NCBI GenBank assembly: GCA_977016875.1
Contig: CDRNST010000093.1
Coordinates: 62,001-126,000 of the forward strand
DNA: 64,000 bases
Direction: 5' to 3'
From: Pavona decussata
Lineage: Eukaryota
Shown here: positions 11,157-23,424 of the stretch, piece by piece
Layout: every line of letters starts with the position of its first letter
Position numbering within the stretch: the first letter of the stretch is position 1
Notes under the pieces: model-generated
What the model was told of the DNA's origin: nothing
What the model saw: the letters and a program-made list of their open reading frames with translations, nothing else
The model's database searches: none
Program-made: the position numbers and the translations under genes

Positions 11157-12618
11157 TTCAATCATTATCCTCAACTTAATTAATGCAAATGATAGGCTTC
11201 GATAGGGACAGTGGACAATCACACAGAAACGCGTAAATATTTTCTCACAAGTCTTTTAGTTAGCTAACCCACTAAATAAAAGCAAATGGGACATCGTTGT
11301 CATTTGATAGGATTCTGTTACGTTTGAAACTGAGTTCGTGTATTTTAAGCGTGTATCTTTTTCTTTTTTGTGGAAAACAAGACCTGACCTCCGTGTTAAT
11401 GGCTGTAACTGATTTGACAATGAAGCAATCTTAAATAAAATAATTTGTCTGACCCTGTCAAATACAGGTGTATACTGGTCCTCGATAGTTCGGTGTTTCA
11501 ATTCGTTTCCAGACATCTCTTTAATACTCTTGCATGACTATCAATCCCCACTTCCATGACCTTTATTTTTCCGCGTGACAAGATCTTTCACGTGCTTGCC
11601 ATGCATGCAAATCACTTTCCATGAAGACTGTGCAAGGATACCATAAATAGATTTTTCCGGGAAACCAAAAATTATTCAAAAACAAGCCTTGCATACCAAA
11701 ACATTTTTGGCAAGAAATATATAAAACTTTACTAGCTTCAAAAGAAATTATCCAGTGAAATCGCTCTGACTGCATGCATACATCCCGTGGCTGATTGAAG
11801 ACCCACAAAGAACATTTCTGTGAAAGCGCTTTCAAGCTTATGTTAACCATCACTAAACCACATTTTGCACTTCTGCTTGAACGGCAAATCAGCTCGTGCA
11901 AGGAGTCAAAATTAGCCTTGTAAGCCAAAGTCGATTTCCTCGTTCGCTTACTTGCTTAGCGGTCCACGGCAGTCGCATTTTTAGAGTACAAGTCCTCGCA
12001 TAAAAGAGTTATACAACTAAATGAAGTTTATCGTTAAAACTGGTCTACAATAGCAGAGAAAGTAACGAAAAATTGTTTTAACATTTATTCACAGAAACAA
12101 GCATTCGACATGACCTTAATTTTATACGTCTTAAACTGAGATAACTACATATTAAACAACAATTGAACATTACAACCTGTTTGTACACTCATACACGACT
12201 GAATAACATGATTTCTTGGAATACTCGGGTTAACTATAAACTAACCATGCAGCGCCCTAAAAAAAATAACGACTGCTCTACGGTAAACATTTTCTCACGG
12301 TACAACAAATTTGTACTGCTTTAAAAAGATGAATTGAACACAAATTGCAACGAAGATTTCATTGTTCTCCCGTGAAGTCAATACAATGTTCCTTGGCTAT
12401 CATTTCATTGCTTCCATAGTCGTGTCTTTTAGTTATGTCTCCCGCTTGTGCTACTAGTCCCTACAGTTTTCAGGAAGTTACTCAGTCCCTACTAAAGTTC
12501 AGTTAGTTAATTTTAAAGTTTCCGCCGGTAAAATAAAGAGTACAACATGCAAACTTGAACAAGTCATTCTGAACAGTATTCAGCGCGCGTGATATGGTGA
12601 TGATTCAATGGGGCTGAT

Positions 12619-12852
12619 TCACCAACGCATAAAGCCTCCAACATCGTTTTCCTGTGAGATATGTTCACTAAAACTGAAGAATCCCCCTGAGCCGGCTTTA
12701 TTCATGTCCAGCATGACCGTCCTGTCGGAATTTTGGGCTTCGTGTTGTGGTTTCACCATCAACTTTCCGGTGGCGGGATCAAAAACCAGAGATTCAGAGC
12801 TGCCTCCTCTGTTCTCAAGATGTTGTTGAATACGCTGTGGGTTTGAAGACAT
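12619..12852 (-). CDS. Small GFF-motif protein P3 (77 aa)
   Basis: MSSNPQRIQQHLENRGGSSESLVFDPATGKLMV...SDRTVMLDMNKAGSGGFFS...DVGGFMRW, with ATG at 12852. Confidence 0.8.
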   Translation of the reverse strand: MSSNPQRIQQHLENRGGSSESLVFDPATGKLMVKPQHEAQNSDRTVMLDMNKAGSGGFFSFSEHISQENDVGGFMRW

Positions 12853-13337
12853 CTTGGAAGTCTGACTTGCAAAACAGTGACTAAACAGATTCTTTTGCTT
12901 TGTACTGCAACGATTAGCGCAAACAGAATATCCCCAGTTATCCAAGTTCGCTTTCACAAGTTTCGCTAGTGCTTGCTTTCGCTTCCGTGCTCTACGGACT
13001 CAGTGCTTTCGGTTTCGAGCGCAGCTTCTTTGTTATGTGATTGCGGGCATGACGTCATCCATATGATTTTGTTTTCTTGGAATTTGAAGGGACTTTTTGA
13101 CAACTGTCGAGTCATGCCCTAATAGGGAAATAAGCGGAAGTAGGGTCTTGTGTAACAAAAGGGTTTTTCCCTGATAAATAAAAAATGAAAGCGCAACAAT
13201 AAATTATTGTTGACGACGACGTGGGTATAATATTCTGCAGAAAAGGAGACGGGAGTGATTATTTGATTTCCTAAGTTATTCAACAGAATATCCTAGCGAC
13301 ATCCTAAACAGTAATTGAATATAAAAAACGCATTGAC
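12853..13337. promoter_or_regulatory. Probable bidirectional promoter region between divergent P3 and P4
   Basis: CTTTCGGTTTC (reverse complement GAAACCGAAAG, ISRE-like) 13006-13016, TGACGTCA (CRE) 13050-13057, TTCTTGGAA (GAS) 13074-13082, and AAATGAAAGCG at ~13183. Confidence 0.45.
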
Positions 13338-13661
13338 ATGGACCCAACCGAGGAGAACAACCAGCAGAACGAAAGAGAATTTGACTTCCATTTTGTCACG
13401 AGGAAGGACGAAGAAACGAAAGAGGAAGATGGCAGCACAAGTGCAGTGAAGTCAGAGGTTGTAGCAAGCCGACTGAAAGTTATCGCTAAAGGTGGACAAG
13501 ACAACACGAAAATGGAAAGATTGGTGTTTGATCTCAAGAGTGGAAAATTAACTGTGGAGACAGAGTCAGAGTCCACCCAGCTTGTAGTATCATCGCCTGA
13601 GAGACAGGTGATAGAGGGAATGGCCACCAGTGGGTGGTTTGCTGGGGACAGTTTGAACTGA
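13338..13661 (+). CDS. Small GFF-motif protein P4 (107 aa)
   Basis: ...MERLVFDLKSGKLTVE...PERQVIEGMATSGWFAGDSLN carries both family motifs. Confidence 0.8.
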   Translation: MDPTEENNQQNEREFDFHFVTRKDEETKEEDGSTSAVKSEVVASRLKVIAKGGQDNTKMERLVFDLKSGKLTVETESESTQLVVSSPERQVIEGMATSGWFAGDSLN

Positions 13662-14713
13662 ATTCAGCATACAAACAACAATCTTGGCTTGGATATCTCA
13701 TGTGGATAGGCTTTAAAAACACTGACCAGTTACATTGCATGACTATTCAATTCCATGACTATTTAATTAATGCACCGGGCATGTAAAATCCTTAGAACAT
13801 TTGGAACCGACATATGTTAGAGTTAGCAGAATAAAATGAAAGCGTGACGTTGGGCTTGTGTTGACCTTGACCAAGAGAACTAAGGCACTAATATCATGGC
13901 TATGTAACTCTCTGGGTTGATAATGAAAGGAAAGTCTGTTTCTGTCAAGAGTAGTTTAGATAATTGCGATTTCTTAGAAACCTGGCTCGTTACATGTAAT
14001 AATGACCCTGACATTATCACTTTAGCGCGTTCAAAACATTTCTTAGAAAAAGAGGAAGACTTAATTAAACCTGTCAAGTGTCAAAAATGACGGGAAAGAA
14101 ATACAATAGCCGACGAGGTGTGGAATTTTCCTTTCGACATTTCTAACCCTCAACGGCATGCACTGAAATATGTCACGACAGATAAAATAAAAGCGTGGTC
14201 TTGCAGTAGAGGCCTGAGGCACAAAAAGGGAAAATAAACTCTCCAGTTGCCAATAGAGAGACTGTCTGTTGAGAGTAGTTCATATAAGACTGGTTTTTAA
14301 GAGACCTGCCTCGTTAATTATGACTCTACCATGAAAACTCGTGCAACAATACTGAAAAACATTTCTCAGAAAATGAGGAAGACTAAACTCCAGCTGTCAA
14401 ATATTGGCATGGTATGGATAGGTATGGATAGGGTTTTATTTTCGACTAAAGCCAAATATTTCAATGTCGGGGTAGTTCAACGTTCTTTTGTAAAAAAGTT
14501 CCCAAATTAAACTCTCTCACGCAAGGAGTAATTGATGGTAAACAACGACTGATGAATGAATGAAATTGAAATTTTCTCGGAAACCACACCGTCTGGTGCG
14601 CATGTGCACTCGGGAACAGCAATGCAAATTAATAACAGAAGACGCCATTTGCACAAAGTTCCACACAGTTCACGGTGATAGTGCAGACGAGCGATTTATA
14701 GCGGGATAAAGCT

Positions 14714-16168
14714 ATGGCAGCCAAGAGAAGTAAGTGCCCGAAAATTTACATGTACAGTAAAGATCGTGAACGGCTAAACAAGTTTGTCAGTGAACATAAA
14801 GATGGGGAAACTAGCGGCGATCTGTTCGGTTTGTGGACAGACGACAACGAGATCGTTATTCACCTAGTTACAGGACAGGCCGGAAGTGACCAGCATCAGG
14901 CTGAAAAGCGCTCGGCCTCATCAAATACGGAGGATGACACGAAAAATATGAGAAAAGCTTTGATGAAAACTTTCGGGCTCCCTCGCATTGGACAATGGCA
15001 GTACACGACCGACGAAAATAAAAGCAGAAGTATGATGGTGGCAGCCCTACGAGGCGATAAAGGATTATTTAAAAAAGAAATCGAAATTTCGAGAGCTCTG
15101 CTCATCACAGGGAACTACGACCGATCTGAGGTGCAGTTATCCCCGTATCTTGTGTCCACCACCTCAGTCTCAAGCAAAGGGGAAATTGACACCCTTGAAG
15201 ACGAAAGTATCTTCAGGCAAGTTGACGAAATTAGAAAGATTACCGGCGAAACAGTGGCAAGCGTAAGTGGCCGAGAAGTAAATGAAAGGAAAGGCGAGAT
15301 GAACAAAGGCCCAACCACCATTGATGAAAGTAGCTACAAGAAAGCGATCACCAGTAAAGAATCCGTCGAGACCGGTGTGGGACATAGCAATCTTGATTCA
15401 ATGTGGGAATCATACGAAAGGATACCAAGGGCACAACTAGGCCGTACCAACCCTTTAACGGTTTACGTGTTTCAGGAAGACCTAGATATGGTGTCAAGGC
15501 TGGTTCTTGCGTATCCAGATGTGGAAACTGGGGGAGACTTGTTTGGTTTGTGGACGTCCGAGGGTGATGCAGTGATACACATAGTACTAGGTCCTGGAAA
15601 ACATTGTAGCCGTACAAACGTGTCCTTCAACCAAGATATCCCTTACCTAAAGAATAACGGTGAGCTCCTTACCCAAGACTACATGTTATGCCACATTGGA
15701 GAATGGCACTCCCATCATCAGCTGCGCCTCTTCCGTCCCAGCGAGGGAGACTCAACGACCGTGATTAGGAATTACCCCCAGAGTGTCCTAGGGTTTATCT
15801 TGATCATTGCTAACATCGTGGAGCGTGGCAGGGCGGTGAAATTGTCGCCCTATCTATATACGCAGAAATCCAAGTTTACCTATGACAAAGAGGGGAAGGT
15901 TATTTCTTTACCAGCTCGAAATGTCTTCAAGGAAGTACCCAATGTTCAGAATGTCATGGAAGAAGGAAAGGAGACGGAGCAAGACGTCCAGCGCTATTGG
16001 ACGTCGCGTCATCAGCAGTACCAGACGGCTAGGAGAAAGGGTCACCCTTGTCGAGGCCTATCACCGGCAAGAACCTATCCACCGGGACACGGCAGCACGG
16101 AGGAACCTATGGATGTGGATCCTCCTGAATATGCGCACAGAAATAGGCAATCAAAAGCGAGGCGTTAA
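14714..16168 (+). CDS. Tandem JAB protein (JAB-C): N-terminal degenerate JAB plus C-terminal intact JAMM
   Basis: Domain 1 has ETSGDLFGLWT...IGQWQY and lacks HxH. Domain 2 has ETGGDLFGLWT...IGEWHSHHQLRLFRPSEGD. Confidence 0.88.
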   Translation: MAAKRSKCPKIYMYSKDRERLNKFVSEHKDGETSGDLFGLWTDDNEIVIHLVTGQAGSDQHQAEKRSASSNTEDDTKNMRKALMKTFGLPRIGQWQYTTDENKSRSMMVAALRGDKGLFKKEIEISRALLITGNYDRSEVQLSPYLVSTTSVSSKGEIDTLEDESIFRQVDEIRKITGETVASVSGREVNERKGEMNKGPTTIDESSYKKAITSKESVETGVGHSNLDSMWESYERIPRAQLGRTNPLTVYVFQEDLDMVSRLVLAYPDVETGGDLFGLWTSEGDAVIHIVLGPGKHCSRTNVSFNQDIPYLKNNGELLTQDYMLCHIGEWHSHHQLRLFRPSEGDSTTVIRNYPQSVLGFILIIANIVERGRAVKLSPYLYTQKSKFTYDKEGKVISLPARNVFKEVPNVQNVMEEGKETEQDVQRYWTSRHQQYQTARRKGHPCRGLSPARTYPPGHGSTEEPMDVDPPEYAHRNRQSKARR

Positions 16169-16629
16169 TTAAGATTCTTCCCTGAGCTACAGTGGCATAA
16201 TTCCCGAGATGCACAGAGCCGTAACCCTTCCTTATGAAGAACTGAACACCTCAAACATAGTAACATAGACTGAACGCCGGAATTTCATATTTTTTACCCG
16301 TGATCGATCTGTTAAGCGTCCAAGTGTGGATTTCCCTCTTAAGTGTCTGTAAGGATTCTTGATAGGCCAATCGAGGGCGTTTAACGCAAATTTGTAAAGC
16401 TTCACTGTCACTATTGTACAGTCACTGCTATAGTGACTGAGATTGCAACCACCACAAGTAGAAGGCCTTCATTTATCTGTCCTGAGTACGTAAATAAATT
16501 ATAAAATTGTAGTACTGAGGTTTTAAAATAACTATGTATCCAATTGAAGTTCCACTTTAATCGAGATTAGTTTTAATGATCAAGCGTCAATGAATGTAAC
16601 TAAGTTTGAAATGCGTCATTAAATATACA

Positions 16630-16824
16630 NNNNNNNNNNNNNNNNNNNNNNNNNNNNNNNNNNNNNNNNNNNNNNNNNNNNNNNNNNNNNNNNNNNNNNN
16701 NNNNNNNNNNNNNNNNNNNNNNNNNNNNNNNNNNNNNNNNNNNNNNNNNNNNNNNNNNNNNNNNNNNNNNNNNNNNNNNNNNNNNNNNNNNNNNNNNNNN
16801 NNNNNNNNNNNNNNNNNNNNNNNN
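16630..16824. other. Assembly gap (N run)
   Basis: Run of n characters. Confidence 1.
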
Positions 16825-17874
16825 TATCAAACAACAGAAAGACAACACTAGTTGGTGGGTGATTTTAGACTCGTTGTTTCGGAATTGAGCAGGATCAAAA
16901 GAGAAAGTAAAAACAACCGGAGGCAGGGAGTTCCACTGAAGTATAGTTCTAGGCTAAAAGGACAGTCTGTGAGAGGTAGTAGAAGTGGAAATCGGAATGA
17001 AGGAGTGATCATCTTTTATTCTGCGGATTGGTGAACGCAAACTTGTCTCCTTGATTCACTGCAAGTAAGTTGCTAGTGTTCTTATACAACATGGTTAGGC
17101 GCGCATCGACTCTTCTCTGCTCTAGGGTTCGCCAGTTGAGCTCTTTAAACATCACTGTCACGCTTGCTAATTGCTGTTATCTCCCCAGTGCCTATCTGGC
17201 GGCCCATCGCTGCACCATTTCCAAGTTATAGGAACCATTCTTTTATACGCCCGTACGAGGGTCCCAAACATTACTACAGTATTCCAACTGAGGCGTAGTT
17301 ATGATGCGTTTGTTGCAAACCGGCCCCTGGTTTTTGCTGTTACCAAAGTTTGAAGAGATTTTGCCTTAAATGGATAGCTTGTTGGATGACATTCAACGTA
17401 TGCTTAGTTGATGTTATGGGCTATGACGCTGTTGGAGGGGCTGTGACGTCATCCAAAATGGTTGTCAAGATGGCATCTGTAAATAGGGTACAGATTTCTT
17501 CCTGTTTTACAGGAAAGGAAAGTCGATAAACATAAATATTTTGTGACTCTCAAATCAAGATAAAGAAATTGCGGCAAAAGCATAGCTGACTACCAACCGA
17601 TTTTCCAGCGCTTTCTTTCTTGTACACTTGGAGGAGGAGCCCCTCCCAGTTTTGTTGTTGTTGTTGTTGTTTATTTATTTTAGTTTTGTTTTGTTTTAAT
17701 TGTTTTTTGAGTAATCTTTAGCAATTTCTGCGCAATTCGGTGCAAATTTCCAGTTGCTGTAGAGCGATTTGAAAGAAAAAAGAAAAGAAAAATTAATATT
17801 TGGAAGATGAGTGGTAGTATCGACAGAGAAAAAGTAATTTTCTGTATTCCCCAAATAGCAAGATGCTGTTCAAT

Positions 17875-18250
17875 TTTAGTCTCGAGTCTTTTATCATCAG
17901 AGGTAATTTTAAAAGAACCTGACTAGAAAAATCGTAAGTATTGAATATGGCCTCAGTGAATCCAGACGACACAACATTTCCGAGAAAAGCCCGAACGGAT
18001 AAAATGCGCCATGCTAAAACAGTTCCTAATATTTACATACATTTGAATATATGAAGATTAAACCGAAGGGAAAATAAAAACTGCATCTAGGAACGTTCAT
18101 CTTGAAATTAAAAACTTTGAAGAAATCGGCGACGATAGTGAAACCTGAGGCTTTTCAAACGATAAAAAGTCGGACGCGTTTCTTGGAAATTGTAAGACTT
18201 ATAGCACATTTGTAAAGTATGAGTTACTTCTACTCCGTGATCTGACAACC
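17875..18250 (+). repeat. Orphan duplicate of the JAB-E upstream region
   Basis: Colinear similarity to ~24165-24597, e.g. cacaacatttccgagaaaagcc.gaacggat.aaatgcgccatgctaaaa and taggaacgttcatcttgaaatta. No JAB ORF follows it. Confidence 0.8.
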
Positions 18251-18472
18251 CACCCTGTGATTTTGATAGGCTATGTCGGTGTAAGTAGGGCTATACTGCA
18301 AATAAACTTCGCATTTTTATTCTCAAGTTATACTGAGTAAAAATGAAGGTGTTCAGGGAAATGGCTTGGCCCTATTTATATGCCACTGTATTAGTAACTC
18401 GACTCAAAATAATTGACGGTGTCAGTTTTGCTGCTATTTATTTTGTTATAGGTATATCTTTCCACCTACTTT

Positions 18473-18515
<43 letters not shown>

Positions 18516-18516
18516 G
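18473..18516. repeat. (CTGT)n microsatellite
   Basis: Direct reading. Confidence 0.95.
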
Positions 18517-18969
18517 ACTGTTTGTCCGCCGGTTTGACTGTCTATAGATGTATCTACCAAAAGATCTGGATATTAGCAGATATGTCGATATTCTAAGAAA
18601 CCAGACAACACCTTTTACATGTTTCGATCTTCTTAGAGCATCCTAGATTTTCTTAGAGAATCCTAGATCACGCTCCTACCACCTTTCAACTTAAGACAAA
18701 AGAAGCCATTCATATTCAATGGGAAAAACCTACACTTAATCATCAACTGTATCATGTTATTTTAAAACTTTCTCTGTAATATTTTACATTGTCATGTTTC
18801 CTTTGTGCTTATAGTTAATCAGCATTTTGGTTTACACTATATATTCAACTCTGTGCTTTGTAATTTAAACTGAAGATGACAGAAGTTTCTGTCGAAACAT
18901 GTTTCCAAATTTAAAAAGTGTTGTGTGGTTTCTTAGAATATCCACCTATCTATCCACCTCAATGTGTCT

Positions 18970-19283
18970 CTATCTGAGTGTCTCGCTAGCCTCAAGGCTC
19001 CAGAGCTGAGAGATGATGCTGTTTGATCGCCACCTCTTAGTGAAGAAACCACCTGATTCGATTTTGTACAAATCGACCATAACAGGTCTTTCGCCGGTAG
19101 ACCCAGGGGCTATTCGTCGTGTTTGTCTACAACAACATATGAAGGAAAACATCGTTGTGAATTGTAGATCTCGTCTCGGCATCACCTTCAACTTCCCTGT
19201 CGTTGGGTCAAAAAACAGTTCTTCCCTGACCTGCCTCTTCTGCTCTCTAAATGTTCTTGAATTTCGCATGGGTTGGATGACAT
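18970..19283 (-). pseudogene. Small GFF-motif protein P5, frameshifted paralog of P3
   Basis: ATG at 19283 gives MSSNPCEIQEHLESRRGRS (compare P3 MSSNPQRIQQHLENRGGSS). A frame change near 19225 then gives EELFFDPTTGKLKV...GERPVMVDLYKIESGGFFT. Confidence 0.75.
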
Positions 19284-20272
19284 GTTAGAAAACAAACTCA
19301 AACAACGGACCAGTGGTACGTACGCGTTAATAGTTTGCTAACTTACACGATCACGAGGATGCTTTACGTACGGGTCAGAGAATTCGGGACGTCCCGAGAC
19401 TGAGGATTTCAGTGATATCGGACACTGTTCAACATCTGCTCTTTAGAGTTCATAGATACAAGCAACGCGCTGTAAACCGTTCTCTTCCCGTATTAGAAAT
19501 TGAAAGCAATGTCCAAATCAAAAGCTTAAGTCACTTCTCTGTGCCTTATAAGGTTATCCGCATAAATTCGTTTCGAGCAGAATAAATTACAATACTGATT
19601 CTCTCATGTCGTCTTAGCATTAGTTACCCTCATTGTGACAGGGGAATAAATGTATCTTAATCTGTAGAAAGTGTGTTACATCAAATCTTATCCTCCGAAT
19701 GTCAGATCGTAGCTGCTGTTATTTCTTCTAAAAGCCCTGAGCGGCGGGCTTCAATACAACTTTCTTGTCCTCGTTAATTTTATCAATGGTGCGACGATTT
19801 TTCAGGGAAAAAGTCAAGTGGTTCTTCAGATTTAATCCGGATAGTAGATTGGGGAGACTAATAACTTACTCAGCTGGTGCCCGTGAGATTTGTCTGAGAC
19901 TGAAATATTACCTCCGCTTGTGACATTCGTGACCGACCCGAATTGAAGTAATGGAAAATATTTCGTTTTCAAAACGGAAGTTGTGTATTTCGTTTATGCA
20001 GTTTATGATTCGAAGCGGCTGACAGAAACTAAGATTCGGTAATGCCAGTTGCAACCTATTGCGTTTTCCGGTTTAATACTAATCATGAATAAACCGAAGA
20101 ACAAACTTTAAATTATTGACGTATTATGGGAAAATAAATTTGCGTAATCAACATAGGCTTGCTACGTCCGTTCTTTCCGAGAAATCAGCTCATTGTTCGT
20201 TGCGCATGAGCAAACGCTAATAAGCGAAACCGTTGGAGAGAACTTTCTTTAGCAACGGCATTTGTTTGTGAA

Positions 20273-22417
20273 ATGCTCTCGTTAACTGGGCAAACGACTA
20301 TGGAGAGGTTGCAGAGAACCAGTCAAAGAGCTTTTATTTTCGAAGGAGATTGGAAGAGACTTCTCGCTTCCAAGACAACCCAAGAAAGACAAGGAAATTT
20401 GTTCGGCTTGTGGACAAGCGAAGGTGATCCTGTTATTCATATCATAACTGAATCAGACTGTTGTCCTAAGAGTAAACATTCTCGATTTAGTCTGGCTGAC
20501 TTCCCCGACAACCGTTTCCCTCTCGTGCATATCGGTAACTGGCGTTATGTTGGTCCTTCTTCTGCACATGTTGAAGATGAATCAACCACCCTTGCCTCTG
20601 ACTATTCCAGGTCTTGTCAGAACACAGAAGACTATTTTCTAAATATGATTATCACTGAGTCTGATATTACCCTGGAATACCGGCGCAATTTCAAGATGAA
20701 AATTTTGTTTCTTCCTAACGAAAGCCCGTTCAGGCGCTTAGCAGCTATGGAAAAGATCACCATCAAAGGCCACGACGAGAATACCGACTACGAGCTGAAG
20801 GAATCATTCGTCAAAGAGGATTACCCTACCAGACCGAGACATCATCAAATCGAAGATTCAGACGCAGATGACTTAGAAGATACACTGGAGACTTCAATCG
20901 CTAAAGGCGAACGGAAGGCCTTTATTTTCAGAAAGGATTATGAAAGCCTCCGTTTAAATGCAACTCATGGCGAAAGGCAAGGAAATCTGTTTGGCTTGTG
21001 GACAACCAACGGTGAACCTGTTATTCACGTTATTTGTCGACCGAACTGTTGTCCCAACAAGTATGACTACTCACGCCTTGGAGTAGACATCTTCAGCAAT
21101 GATTTCCCTCTCACACACATAGGCAACTGGCTTTATACCGACGTTTCGTTCTCTCATGCCCTTCCCATGAAATCACGTGGGCTTGACTCTTCATGGTGCC
21201 CTCACCAAAGCAAAGCCACCGGCAAATTTCTAGACGTCGTGATCCTAAAGTCAGCAATCCTGGTGTTACAAGATGGGCGAGAGAGGGAAATTGAGCTTCT
21301 TGACGGCAGAAGCCCGTTTAGGGACATGGAAGGCTTTAAAAGGATCGCCATAAAAGATCAGTACGATGATTTTACTACTGAGCTGGAGGAACCGATGAAA
21401 CACCTTTCAGTCACTTCAAAGCGTATCTCTCCGCATCAAAGAAAGGAAATGTCAAGTTCTCCAGATTTTGAAGATCCGCCAACATACCGTGATAGTATCT
21501 CCAGTAGAGATGGTTGGCAGGAAGGCCCAATGTATCTGGGGACGCCAGGATTTCAGCGTGACTTTACAAGCAACAGCGATGATTTCAAGGTCTTCATCTT
21601 TGAGGAGGACCTCCAAATGATGGCGAAACTCGTTCTCAAGTACCCACACCTGGAGACCGGAGGAGACCTGTTCGGTTTATGGACCACTGCAGGTGACGTA
21701 GTACTACACATTGTACTTGGCCCAGGTCAAAACTGCAAACGAACTGGAGCTTCCTTCTACCAAGATATCTCTTATTTGAAGCGAAATGGTGAGCTGCTTA
21801 CTCAAGACTACATGTTGTGCCACATTGGGGAATGGCACTCCCATCATCAGCTGCAGCTTTTCCAGCCAAGCGGGGGTGATTCATCGACCGTTATAAGAAA
21901 CTACCCTCGTGGAGTCTGTGGTTTCATTTTGATCATTGCCAACATTCTGTCATCACGTGAAGTGCAGTTGTCTCCTTATCTTTACACACAAGGGTCCAGT
22001 TATAGCTTTGATAAAAAAGGCAAACTTGTACGACTGCCTGCGCAAAGAAATGCATTTAAGACAATTCGAAGGATCAGAGATAGCATCGAGAGAGGAAAAG
22101 AAATTCAAACGCATTCCCCAAGTTTTTACCGTGACGAAGAGGACGTGAGGAACGCCTATGATCCCAGAAGACACCCAACCCAAACTGGAAAGACCATGCA
22201 AAAGATGAGCCAGGCCCGTGATCCCATGACATACACAAGGCAAAACCGTAATTACAAACAACTGCATCGACTACAAACTCGTACGCCCACTGGCCAGCTG
22301 AGCACGCCTCCGCGAAGAATATCTTCCAGTTCGAGACTGTGTTGCTTTCCAAGTAATCGTCACAAAACAGCAAGGTACAACAACAGACCGGACAATCGAC
22401 CTCCTTGGAGACATTAA
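20273..22417 (+). CDS. Triple-JAB protein (JAB-D): two degenerate JAB domains plus one intact JAMM
   Basis: ERQGNLFGLWT...IGNWRY and ERQGNLFGLWT...IGNWLY both lack HxH. The third domain has ETGGDLFGLWT...IGEWHSHHQLQLFQPSGGD. Confidence 0.88.
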   Translation: MLSLTGQTTMERLQRTSQRAFIFEGDWKRLLASKTTQERQGNLFGLWTSEGDPVIHIITESDCCPKSKHSRFSLADFPDNRFPLVHIGNWRYVGPSSAHVEDESTTLASDYSRSCQNTEDYFLNMIITESDITLEYRRNFKMKILFLPNESPFRRLAAMEKITIKGHDENTDYELKESFVKEDYPTRPRHHQIEDSDADDLEDTLETSIAKGERKAFIFRKDYESLRLNATHGERQGNLFGLWTTNGEPVIHVICRPNCCPNKYDYSRLGVDIFSNDFPLTHIGNWLYTDVSFSHALPMKSRGLDSSWCPHQSKATGKFLDVVILKSAILVLQDGREREIELLDGRSPFRDMEGFKRIAIKDQYDDFTTELEEPMKHLSVTSKRISPHQRKEMSSSPDFEDPPTYRDSISSRDGWQEGPMYLGTPGFQRDFTSNSDDFKVFIFEEDLQMMAKLVLKYPHLETGGDLFGLWTTAGDVVLHIVLGPGQNCKRTGASFYQDISYLKRNGELLTQDYMLCHIGEWHSHHQLQLFQPSGGDSSTVIRNYPRGVCGFILIIANILSSREVQLSPYLYTQGSSYSFDKKGKLVRLPAQRNAFKTIRRIRDSIERGKEIQTHSPSFYRDEEDVRNAYDPRRHPTQTGKTMQKMSQARDPMTYTRQNRNYKQLHRLQTRTPTGQLSTPPRRISSSSRLCCFPSNRHKTARYNNRPDNRPPWRH

Positions 22418-23424
22418 TCACTTCAGTGTAAACAAAACGATGTGTGAACTGAACTATAAATCAGACCCATCAACTTAAAACGGCAGAAAAAAACTAAATT
22501 CATGGATAGCCATGAATTGCGATTAGTGTATAGTATATATACATATACGACGTAGACCAGCGTTGTCCATTTATAAGACATGTAACACTGCAATGGTCTG
22601 ATTGATGAATAGTCTACTGTAAAACCTCCATGGCTAAGTTCAACTTGAAGCTGTAGAGAAAACGACATTGATAATATTTTATTAGTCATGAATCGGGCAT
22701 ACATATGTAGTAGATATATTTGCACGGGCTGAACATTTCGCCAACACTAGTAGCAAAGTTTTGTAACACCTCAATAGTCAGGTGGTAAAAGCTCCACAAC
22801 TAAGTTCAAAGAAGTGTTCTTTGCGGTTCAGAAATTCCTCTAAGTGGGTTGTTAGGTGCACTAAGACAAGGTCCAATACCTTCAAATAACGTGATCGCGT
22901 CTAGATGATTTGTAAAGTTTCGATCTTAAACACCTTCAGTTTACCATATTATAGAGTAAGTTTGTGTTATTAGAATTATATTTATACCCGCATTCAAACA
23001 CTTGCAGATTTTGTTGTGTATATATTTTACTAGAGTATAACGTCCATTGTATGCTTTGTATGCTGTATCTAGTTTATAGTTCATCCCTCTCCTATCAATT
23101 TTCCTGGGTGCTATTATGTCAAAACTAAATAATGACTGATGAATAATTATGATAGCGATAGGTACTAGATGCATGATCTCAGTAAAATGTGCACTGAAGA
23201 GCTTTTATAACATATTGCATAGTAAGAGCTAAGGTATAACGTTAACACAGCACTCAAATATTTTGTACATGAACATAGTTTTCTTGTAACACACATGATG
23301 CGAACGTGTAAAGTTCTGTAAAGTTTAATTAAAAATATAGCTGCATTGAGGGTGTGTTACAGGTACTGATGTTACGGACCCATTTCATCACTTCCAAGAA
23401 AAGCCGGATCATAATGATTGTGAA

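Noticed and set aside
10212-11222. Antisense and alternate-frame ORFs overlapping the E1 and JAB genes
   Set aside because: They are shadow ORFs of real coding sequence with no recognisable motifs.
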